A program made the position numbers and the translations under genes. From Mobula hypostoma (lineage: Eukaryota), in the NCBI RefSeq assembly GCF_963921235.1, contig NC_086108.1, positions 558,001-622,000 of the forward strand: a stretch of 64,000 nucleotides of DNA. The letters are read 5' to 3'. This document shows, one piece after another, positions 50,249 through 64,000 of this stretch. Position 1 is the stretch's first letter. Every line of letters starts with the position of its first letter. Below the pieces are notes generated by a model. The model was given only the letters and a program-made list of their open reading frames with translations, ran no database searches and was not told where the DNA came from.

Positions 50249-51363
50249 CTGCTTAACAAGGTAAACTCCGTTGGCATTACAGGAAAGATACTGGCATGGA
50301 TATAGGAATGGCTGACAGGCAGGAGGCAGCGAGTGGGAATAAAAGGGGCCTTTCTGGTTGGCTGCCAGTGACTAGTGGTGTTCCTCAGGGGTCAGTATTG
50401 GGACTGCTACTTTTCACATTGTTTGTCAGTGATTTAGATTGTTGACTTTGTGGCAAAGATTGTGGATGGTACGAAAATAGGTAGGTGGGTAGTGTTGAGG
50501 AAGCAATGCGATTGCAGCTGGACTTAGACAAATTGGAAGAATGGGCAAAAGGTGGCAATTTGAATAGAATATTGAGAAATGTACAATAATGCATTTTGAA
50601 AAAAGGAACAATAGTGCAGATTATTATCTAAATGGGGAGAAAGTTCAAACATCAGAGGTTCAGAGGGATTTAGGAGTCCTCATGTAAGACTCCCAGAAGG
50701 TTAATTTACGGGTTGAGTCTGTGGTAAAGAAGGCAAATGCAATGTTTGCATTCATTTCGAGGGGTATAGAATATAGAAACAAGGAGATAATACTGAGGCT
50801 TTATATGACACTAATCAGGCCGCACTTGGAGTATTGTCAACTGTGTTGGGCCCCATATCTCGGAAAGGATTTGTTGTCACTGGAGAGAGTCCAGAGGAAG
50901 TTCAGAAGGATGGTTCTGGAAATGAAGGGGTTAACATGTGAGGAGTGTTTGGCAGCTTTGGACCTGTACTCACTGGAATTTAGAAGAATGTGGGGGGAAT
51001 CTCATTGAAACCTACCGAATGTTGAGAAGACTGGATAAGGTGGATGTGTTTCCTGTGGTGGAGGTAGTTCAGAACTAGAGGGAACAACCTCAGAATTGAG
51101 GGGAAACCTGTCAGAACAGAGGTAAGGAGGAATATTTTTAGCCGGAGAGTAGAGAATCTGTGGAATGCTCTGCCACAGACTGTGGTGGAGGCCAAGTCCG
51201 TGAGTATATTTAAAATCGTTCCTGATCGATCAGAACATCAAAGGATATGGCGAGAAGGCAGGTGTATGGAGTTGAGTGTGATCCAGGATCAGCCATGATT
51301 TAATGGCGGAGCAGACTCAATTGACTGAATTCTGCTCCTATGTCTTATGGTCTCATGGTCTTA
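50249..51363 (+). mobile_element. Degenerate 5'-truncated CR1
   Basis: [24 protein letters not shown] and IRPHLEYC. Tail TGCTCCTATGTCTTATGG. Confidence 0.9.
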
Positions 51364-51938
51364 CGGGCCAAGGAGCCTACACTGTGTTGTATAGGTCTAT
51401 GTTCTGAAAATGGGTAAAAGAACCGTGGTGTACTAGTCTGTCTCGTGAAGATGGGCCAAAGACCCTATACAGTGTATAGGCCAAAACAGTGTCACACTGT
51501 TCTATGTTGTGAAGATGTGCGAAGGGTCTGAACTGTGTTGTACCCTTCTATGTTCTAAAGATGGGCTTGAAGATCCTTTAGTGTGATGTAATGTTCTATG
51601 TTCAGCAGATAGTCCAAAGAGCCTATACTGTGCTGTACCGTTCTTTGTCCTAACTGTTCTTTTTCTTAGCCTTTCTGTGACTTGTATCGTGGATGATCCA
51701 TCAAAATCTTTAATGATCCATCTAAGGAGTTCTAAGGGAATAACAAGTTCATCTACTTGATACTGATGGATACAGAAACTGACTAAGCAGGCTTGTGAAT
51801 GCTGCGTGTTGAAGCTAGGCTTCTTACAACAGGCCCTTTTTGCCCACAATTTTGTGCCAAAATTTTAACCTCCCCTACCATTGATCTAACCCTTCCATCT
51901 TACATCGTCCTCCAGTTTTTCTATCATCCGTGTACTTA

Positions 51939-56266
<4,328 letters not shown>

Positions 56267-56268
<2 letters not shown>

Positions 56269-56560
56269 GTGAAACCCACCTGGTTTCCTTGGCTGTGTAA
56301 GTCTAGGGAATACACCCTTGAGTCCCGCCAAACCTGTGAGATTGAGATGGCTCTCCTAACCCAAATCCCACTTTGTGTGGATGCTGTGTAATTTGCTACC
56401 CTGTTACAACTCAGTGCCAAGAAATAACAGACGGCACACTGCATACGATTAAAGGAATTATATCTATGAATCTTAACCTAACTACAGGGTTAGTAAAGGA
56501 AAGAAAGAAAAAAAACAAGAAGGGCCCATTATAATTAAACAGTCACAAGTTGGAGCTTCA
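56267..56560. mobile_element. Probable LTR fragment
   Basis: Begins TGTGAAACCC at the point where the Tc1 end breaks off. No coding capacity. Confidence 0.3.
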
Positions 56561-56561
56561 A

Positions 56562-56662
56562 CTGGACTCTTTTCCATGGATACTGCCTGGCCTGCTGAGT
56601 TCCTCCAGCATTTTGTGTGTGCTGCTTGGATTTCCAACATCTGCAGATTTTTGCTTGCTTGT
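56562..56662 (+). mobile_element. Penelope-like terminal fragment
   Basis: CTCTTTTCCATGGATACTGCCTGGCCTGCTGAGTTCCTCCAGCATTTTGTGTGTG...TTTCCAACATCTGCAG. Confidence 0.75.
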
Positions 56663-56664
56663 GA

Positions 56665-57314
56665 TAAGAGCATCCAGGTGGTCTTTTGCAAATCTGAGAC
56701 GTGCAGCAATGTTTTATTTTGGAGAGCAGTGGTTTCCTCTGTGGTGTCCTTCGACGAACACTATTCTTGTTCAGCGCTTTTCTTACGGTGGACACATAAA
56801 CAGAAACTTCAACAAGTTCTAGAGATTTCTGCAAGCTTTTTGTTTTTGCCCTTTGGTTCTTTTTCACCTCCTTCAGCATTGTACGTTGTGCTCTTGGTCT
56901 GATCTTTGCAGGATACAAGTCCTAGGTAGAGTAGCAACAGTACTGAGTTTCCTCCATTTGTGGACAGTTTCTCTTACTGTGGACTGATAATTACTCAGGT
57001 CTTTAGAAATACTTCTGTAGCCTTTTCCTGCTTCGTGTATCTCTACATTTCTTCTTCTAAGGTCCTGTGAAAGTTGTTTTGATTGAAGCATGGTGCACAT
57101 AAACAGATCTTTCTTGAAAGGAGCAGATTCTGTCAGTACCTGGCTTTGTGTGTCCTTTTTATAGGGCAGGGCACCTCTACAACCCACACCTCCAATTTCA
57201 TCTCATTGATTGGAACACCCGACTCCAAATAGCCTTTGTAGAAGGCATTGCCCCAGAGGTTCACATACTTTTCCCGACAAATACATATAATATTGGATTA
57301 TTTTTCTCAATAAA
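56665..57314 (-). mobile_element. Second Tc1-family fragment (transposase N-terminus and subterminal region)
   Basis: MLQSKQLSQDLRRRNVEIHEAGKGYRSISKDL...STVRETVHKWRK and RKPLLSK. Confidence 0.85.
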
Positions 57315-57825
57315 CAGTCAATGTTTTAGGCTGAGACCCTTCTTCAGGTCTGGAAAGGAAGGGGGAAGACACCAGAATGAAAAGGTGAAGGGAGGGGAAG
57401 CCAGGAGAGGGAGAAAGTTGATGTGTGGGGGGGGGGAGGGGGATGAAGTAAGAGGCTGGAAGGTGATAGGTGGAAAAGGTAAAAGGCTAAAGAAGATGGA
57501 TTCTGATAGGAGAGAAGAGTGAACCATGGGAGAAAGGGAAGGAAGTGGGGAACCAGAGGGAGTTGATGGACAGGTGGGAAGAAGGGAAGGGGTAAGAGAG
57601 GAACCAGAATGGGAAATAGAAGAAGAGAGAAGGGGAGGGAGTGAAATTATCCAAAGTTAGAGAAATCGATGCTCATGCAATCAGGTTGGAGGTTACCTGG
57701 AGAGAATATGAGGTGTTGCTTCTCCGACCTGAGGTAGCCTTATCATAGAGGCCTTGGACTGACATGTCAGAATCGGAGTGGAAGGTAGAATTAAAATGGG
57801 TAACCACCTTCTCAAACAGTTGCAG
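57315..57825 (-). mobile_element. Penelope-like element 3' fragment
   Basis: VVTHFNSTFHSDSDMSVQGL and EKQHLIFSPGNLQPD. Degenerate hammerhead at 57315-57352. Confidence 0.8.
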
Positions 57826-57849
57826 GGACGATGGAGAGGAAGTTCCAGG

Positions 57850-58550
57850 TGATAGAACAGAGGGATCGGGAATACAGATCAATAATTCCCTGAAAGAGGT
57901 GACACGGTTGTTTAGGGATGTAAAGAGAGCTTTTGTCTCATTGGCCTTCATAAATCATAGTACCAAGTACAGGAGATGAGATGGTACGTTAGAGTTGTAT
58001 AAGACATTGGTGAAGCCTCATTTGGGGTATTGTGTGCAGTTTTTGGTCAATTACAAACAGGGAAAGTATCAATAAGGCTGAGCGTACAGAGAAAATGTAC
58101 AAGAATGTTGCTGGGACTTGAGGAACTTAATTATAGGGAAAGGTTGAATAAGTTAGGACTTTATTCCCTGGAGTGTAGAAGATTGAGAGGAGATTTGATA
58201 GAGGTATACAACATTATGAGGGGTTTGGATATGGTAAATGTGAGCAGGCTTTTTCCATTAAGGTTGGGTGAGACTAGAACTAGAGGTCATAGGTTAAGGG
58301 TTTTAAGGGGAAGAAGAGGGGAAACTTTTTCACTCAGAGGGTGGTGAGAGTGTGGAATAATGTGACTGTGCAAGTGGTTAATAGGAGTTTGATTTCAACT
58401 TTTAAGAGAAGTTTGGGTAAGTACATGGATGGGAGGGGCTATGGAGGGCTATGTTCTAGGTGTAGGTCGATGGAATTAGGCAGAATAATATTTCTGCACG
58501 AATGAGCCAAAGGGCCTGTTTCTGTGCTGTAGATTCTTGTGACTCTATCA
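57850..58550 (+). mobile_element. CR1 3' fragment
   Basis: VQRKCTRMLLGL...[19 protein letters not shown]. Tail GGGCCTGTTTCTGTGCTGTAG. Confidence 0.88.
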
Positions 58551-58926
58551 TCCAGCAAAGATTAAGACCCAGTGATGTATTTCCAATTCAGGATGGTGTA
58601 CAATTCAGAAGGTGACCATTAGAGGGCAGTGCTTCCCTGCCCTTGCAACCCGGCCCTTCTTAGTAGATTGGAAGATTGGAAGGGAAAGAGGAAGGAACAG
58701 GATGCGCCAGAGAGACATTCTATAATGATCAATAAAGCAATATCAATTGTTTGGAATCAGGTGACCTTGCTTGGTGTTTCAGAGCTGGGTATGTCTGCAC
58801 TCGTGCCACCCCACCCTTGCCATCCCACTCCTTCACTGCCAACTGTCCCACACCCTTTCACGGCACACCCAACATCCTTGCTCCTGTCAGGTTACAAACT
58901 CACTCTCTACCCCATGTTGACAAATA

Positions 58927-58993
58927 CAGTACTGTGCAAAAGTCTTAGGCATCCTAAATATATATACGTTCCTTAGACTTTTGCACAGTACTG
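58927..58993. mobile_element. 67-bp Tc1/mariner-type MITE (hairpin)
   Basis: Perfect 19-bp TIRs CAGTACTGTGCAAAAGTCT / AGACTTTTGCACAGTACTG. TA is present on the left only. Confidence 0.8.
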
Positions 58994-60087
58994 AGCTAAA
59001 ATTGCTAATTTAAACTTATACTCTGTGATTAAGCATTCTTTATAAACTTGGCTCCAGTTCCGCAATTTTTTTAATCTTAAAAAATTTGAACTTTGTAGTT
59101 TAATTTATCGAAATTACTTTTTTAAGCCTTTCTTTGAGTGATCCAATTTTTTTACTTTGGAAAAATAAAGGTATTAATTCTTTTTTGGATTTATTTAAAG
59201 AAGATAGACTGATGTCTTTTGAACAATTAGTTGATAAATATTCTCTTTCTTACTCACACTTTTTACAATACCTTCAAGTTAGACATTTCTTACAAAAATA
59301 TTTAAGTAATTTTCCTTACATATTGGATGCTGACCTGTTAAATACTATTATGAGTACGAACCCTTCGATGAAGGCTTCCACTGGAAGAATTTATAATTTA
59401 CTATTACAATGGGATAAGCGTCCTTTATTTAAGATCAAACAAGATTGGGAAAAGGAATTCAATTTGACTTTTATGACGGAGGATTGGACTCGGATTCTGA
59501 AGCTGGTTAACTCTTCTTCGATCTGTGCTAGTCATTCACTGATTAAATTTAAAATTGCACATCATTACTATTTGATGAAGGAGAGATTGTCTAAAATATT
59601 TTCTAACGTTGATAGTTATTGTGATAGATGTAAAACTGAGACAGCTACACTAACACATGTGATTTGGTCTTGTTCTATACTGGAACAGTTCTGGAAGTCA
59701 GTTTTTTCGACAATTTTTAAAGCACTCAAAATTAATTTACAACCTAACAAATTAACTGTGATCTTTGGAATAATTCCTCAAAATATCTGTGGTATCTCTG
59801 TGTCTGACCAACATGTTATTGCATTTGTTACATTGATAGCTAGGAGGGCCATTTTGTTGAAGTGGAAGGATACATCGGCTCCCACTTTGTCACAATGGTT
59901 CTCTCAAGTGATGCTATGTTTTAGTTTGGAGAAAATTAGAAGTCAAACCTTTGAACCTATGTTTGATTTTGAGAAAAGATGAGGTTCATTTGCTCGTTAT
60001 TATCATTTGAGTTAATTGATAGATTACCTCCACGATTTAATTGTAAATTTTTGGTACAATTTTTTTCTTGCTAGCGGTTTGATGTTT

Positions 60088-61500
60088 ATAAGACCTTAAG
60101 ACAAAGGCGCAGAAGTCGGCCATTCGGCCCATTGAGTCTGCTCCGCCATTTTATCATGAGCTGATCCATTCTCCCATTTAATCCCACTCCCCCGCCTTCT
60201 CACCATAACCTTTGATGCCCTGGCTACTCAGATACCTATCAATCTCTGCCTTAAATACACCCAATGACTTGGCCTCCTCTGCTGTCCGTGGCAACAAATT
60301 CCATAGATTCACCATCCTCTGACTAAAAAAATTTCTTTGCATCTCTGTTCTGAATGGGCGCCCTTCAATCCTTAAGCCATGCCCTCTCGTACTAGACTCC
60401 CCCATCATGGGAAACAACTTTGCCACATCCACTCTGTCCATGCCTTTCAACATCCAAAATGTTTCTATGAGGTCTCCCCTCACTCTTCTAAACTCCAAGG
60501 AATACAGTCCAAGAGCAGACAAACGTTGCTCATATGTAAACCCTCTCATTCCCGGAACCATTCTAGTGAATCTTCTCTGAACCCTCTCCAACGTCAGCAC
60601 ATCCTTTCTTAAATAAGGAGACCAAAACTGCCCACAGCACTCCAAGTGAGGTCTCACCAGCGCCTTATAGAGCCTCAACATCACATCCCTGCTCCTATAC
60701 TCTATTCCTCTAGAAATGAATGCCAACATTGCATTCGCCTTCTTCACTACCGACTCAACCTGGAGGTTAACCTTAAGGGTATCCTGTACGAGGACTCCCA
60801 AGTCCCGTTGCATCTCAGAACTTTGAATTCCCTCCACATTTAAATAATAGTCTGCCCGTTTATTTCTTCTGCCAAAGTGCATAACCATACACTTTCCAAC
60901 ATTGTATTTCATTTGCCACTTCTTTGCCCATTCTTCCAATCTATCCAAGTCTCTGTGCAGACTCTCCGTTTCCTCAGCACTACCGGCCCCTCCACCTATC
61001 TTCGTATCGTCAGCAAACTTAGCCACAAAGCCATCTATTCCATAATCCAAATCATTGATGTACAACGTAAAAAGAAGCGGCCCCAACACTGACCCCTGCA
61101 GAACACCACTGGTAACCGGCAGCCAACCAGAATAGGATCCCTTTATTCCCACTCTCTGTTTCCTGACAATCAGCCAACGCTCTATCCACGTATGTAATTT
61201 TCCCGTAATTCCATGGGCTCTTATCTTGTTAAGTAGCCTCATGTGTGGCCCCTTGTCAAAGGCCTTCTGAAAATCCAAATATACAACATCCACTGCATCT
61301 CCCTTGTCTAGCCTACTTGTAATTTCCTCAAAAAATTGTCATATGCCTCCAGGTACTCCGTAACCTCATCCTTGACAATCGACTCCAACAACTTCCCAAC
61401 CGCCGATGTCAAGCTAACAGGTCTATAATTTCCTTTTTGCTTCCTTGTCCCCTTCTTAAATAGCAGAGAGACATTTGCAATCTTCCAGTCCTCCAGAACC
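60088..61500 (-). mobile_element. 5'-truncated CR1 with 371-aa open RT region
   Basis: YLDFQKAFDK, GVLQGSVLGP, KFADDTK and RPHLEC. Small internal deletion near 61335. Confidence 0.95.
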
Positions 61501-61578
61501 ATCTTTAGAAGCTTTTTGTATGATGCATGGCTCCGGGGTTGAACACCTAATGGGGTTTTTTCCCCACTTTTTCTTGCT

Positions 61579-62171
61579 TAGAACATAGAACATAGAAAAG
61601 TACAGCACAGTACAGGCCCTTTGGTCCACATTGTTGTGCCGACCCTCAAACCCTGCCTCCCATATAAGCCCCCACCTTAAATTCCTCCATATACCTGTCT
61701 AGTAGTCTCTTAAACTTCACTAGTGTATCTGCCTCCACCACTGACTCAGGCAGTGCATTCCACACACCAACCACTCTCCGAGTAAAAAACCTTCCTCTAA
61801 TATTCCCCTTGAACTTCCCACCCCTTACCTTAAAGCCATGTCCTCTTGTATTAAGCAGTGGTGCCCTGGGGAAGAGGCGCTGGCTAGCCACTCTATCTAT
61901 TCCTCTTATTACCTTGTACACCTCTATCATGTCTCCTCTCATCCTCCTTCTCTCCAAAGAGTAAAGCCCTAGCTCCCTTAATCTCTGATCATAATGCATA
62001 CTCTCTAAACCAGGCAGCATCCTGGTAAATCTCCTCTGTACCCTTATCCTTCCAAAGTGTACCACCTCACACTTCTCTGGGTTGAACTCCATCTGCCACT
62101 TCTCAGCCCACTTCTGCATCCTATCGATGTCTCTCTGCAATCTTTGACAATCCTCTACACTATCTACAACC
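61579..62171 (-). mobile_element. 5'-truncated CR1 with internal deletion
   Basis: EVVHFGR is joined to [10 protein letters not shown]. Same subfamily as 30679-34612. Confidence 0.93.
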
Positions 62172-62514
62172 CCTGTACACCCCTGCTTAATAGGGTTTTT
62201 TTTGTCACCAAAATTTTTTTTCAATCTTTAAAATAATGATTTTTTCTTGAGACATTGTAAGTGTTGCTTACTTCGATGTACTCGTGTTAATTTTGGATAA
62301 TAATAATAAAAAGATTTGAAAAGAGGAAAGAGCTTCTCTGAACTGTAAGAGTAGCCTTGCCTTGTGGATGTGGATATTCACCTCAGAGGCAACTAGACAT
62401 GGGCTACAATATCCAACCTTGCAAAACTACTACTTCTTCTTCTTGGGCCCTTAGCTCCCAGTGAAGCATAGGTCATTGATGACCTCCTATTTCCATGGTC
62501 CAAAGTCAATATTA

Positions 62515-62966
62515 CGACGGGTGATTGATAAGTTTGTGGCCTACGGTAAATGAGTTATTAACTTCAAACGTTCTGCATAATCACTCAAAGCGTTGAACTG
62601 CATGTGCATGTAACGAGAGCTGTATAACTCATCTCCTTCTAACTTAGGCCATGAACTTATCAATCACCCCTGCTGTGGACCACCTGGAGGTCCAAGATAC
62701 TCTCGCTACCTGCACGTGTAGTTCAACTCTTTGAGTGAAAATGCAGAAAGTTTGAAGTTAGTAACGCATCTCCTTCTACCTCAGGCCACAAACTTATCAA
62801 TCACCCCTGCTGTGGACCACTTCTACAAGGAAGTGATCCGTATGCTCCACAACTGCTGAACTAAGTGTGTACATGTAGGAGGGGACTATGTTGAAAAATA
62901 AATGTGCTAGGTTTTCTAAAATTGACTCCTTCTACCTTAGGCCAGGAACTTATCAATCTTCCCTTG
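62515..62966. mobile_element. Mariner-type MITE with internally reiterated right end
   Basis: TA at 62513-62514 and 62967-62968. TIRs CGACGGGTGATTGATAAGTTTGTGGCCTA / TAGGCCAGGAACTTATCAATCTTCCCTTG. Confidence 0.85.
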
Positions 62967-63044
62967 TATGGTGGGAGTTCATCGATGTTTCTGTAATCCA
63001 TTGAATCCACTGTACAGAGGAGTGGCCTGTACAGCCTCACCCTT

Positions 63045-63192
63045 TGAGAGGCTTTCACCCTCATCAACCTTCCAGCCTTGTACTCTTTTCCCTTCCCTCA
63101 CCTTCATATTCCGGCTTCTTTCCCCTACTTTTCCAGTCCTGAAAAAGGGACTTGGCTCAAAACATCAACTCTTTATTCCTTTTTATCCTCCA
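63045..63192 (+). mobile_element. Penelope-like 3'UTR fragment with decayed hammerhead
   Basis: CCAGTC-CTGAAAA-AGGGACTTGGCTC-AAA-ACAT-C-AACT at 63133-63170. Confidence 0.6.
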
Positions 63193-63586
63193 GTATTTCA
63201 AAGGTTCATTTATTAGCAAATTGTACAACTCTGAAATTCTTCTTCTCCAGGTAGCCATGAAATCAAGAAAGAAAAGACCATTAATCCCTCCTCCCCGCAC
63301 AAAGAACACACAAAAATGGAACAGACACATTGAGTCGCAAATCCTCCTCCCCCACACTCAAAAAAACGAGAAAGATTAGGCAAAAAATACAGAATACAAA
63401 AAAATCATAAGACTAAAAAAGTTCACATCCAAAACACGGAAAACTTGGGCAACATTCTCCCTCCCCATGGCAGAGCAATCTCACCTGCGATAAAAAGGCA
63501 GTATTTTGTGTATGTTCCACCTGCAAGATTGGTAATGGTTTTAAAATACCTCTGATTCCTGTCAACTATTGTTATCTCTGTTGAAG

Positions 63587-63708
63587 GCTTGAAGAGAAAG
63601 GTGGACAAAATCGGGAGGCTGCAGAAGGTGTCCATGGATGATGGAATATCAGCCTGGAAAGTGGTGGAGTCAGCAGAGGATGAGTACGTAGTCACCCAGG
63701 CAGGTTAA
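63587..63708 (+). CDS. Candidate last coding exon: (G)LKRKVDKIGRLQKVSMDDGISAWKVVESAEDEYVVTQAG*
   Basis: Acceptor TTGTTATCTCTGTTGAAG|. The phase-1 start matches exon 38822-39210 and the frame is open to TAA at 63706-63708. It could instead splice at CAG|GTTAAA (63703). Confidence 0.35.
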
Positions 63709-64000
63709 ATCTTTCCCAAACGGCATGAGAAAAGCAGCAAAAGAGGCGGAAAAGTGGGAAAGTGTACAACGTAGTTCCAGGATCCAAAAATGTATTGGTT
63801 GTAACCAAGAACAGAAGAAAGGAGCAAGAAGGGGCCACTCACCATCAAATGTTGCCCTTCCAATAACATCACTTTTCCTCTCTTCCCATTTTCCGTTCCC
63901 GTCCATTGACTTTGACCCCAAATTGGTTTCACCCAAACGAGCCTCCTCAGTCCTCAGTGAACTGAATAGTTGAGAGGGAAGAGAGCTCCATCATTTATGA

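Larger units (their letters stand above)
47873..51650 (+). repeat. Interrupted 47-bp tandem array (about 25 diverged units) derived from the CR1 3' terminus
   Basis: Consensus TTCTGAAGATGGGCCGAAGAGCCTGTACTGTGTTGTACTGTTCTATG. Segments at 47873-48470, 49339-49380, 50000-50248 and 51364-51650. Confidence 0.9.
58995..62330 (+). mobile_element. L1-clade LINE 3' fragment whose 3'UTR carries two CR1 insertions
   Basis: ORF 59134-59982 has FLQYLQVRHF and CDRC...HVIWSC. UTR pieces at 59983-60087, 61501-61578 and 62172-62330 end AATAAAAAGATTTGAAAAG. Confidence 0.88.

Noticed and set aside
47873..51650. CTGAAGA...GAA in the 47-bp units as tandem hammerhead ribozymes
   Set aside because: Only TGGGCC lies between the boxes, so there is no helix II, and no consistent helix I or III. 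The unit is explained by CR1-tail origin.
63725..63973. 82-aa ORF as continuation of the candidate last exon
   Set aside because: It is in a different frame from 63587-63708, with an upstream in-frame TAG at 63689 and no recognisable motif.

Overview
This is vertebrate genomic DNA, not prokaryotic. The repeat complement suggests a cartilaginous fish, probably a ray or skate (inference). Most of the window is nested, largely decayed transposable elements: many CR1-clade LINEs (one near full length with an SGNH-esterase ORF1), Rex1/Babar-like and L1-clade LINE fragments, a degenerate Gypsy LTR element, Tc1/mariner and hAT DNA elements, tRNA-derived SINEs, RTE-derived non-autonomous elements, and Penelope-like (PLE) ends carrying minimal hammerhead-ribozyme motifs. 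A 12.3-kb 15-bp minisatellite (4213-16496) produces all the giant ORFs in the ORF track. It sits exactly at the junction where a 5'-truncated CR1 entered a Rex1-like LINE, and its unit variants are pieces of those two elements. Two further tandem arrays also appear to be seeded from retroelement sequence. Four phase-compatible candidate exons on the + strand (2177-2189, 18164-18254, 38822-39210, 63587-63708) would encode a 204-aa protein I do not recognise. Family assignments come from motifs read by eye, with no database search, and many element boundaries are approximate.
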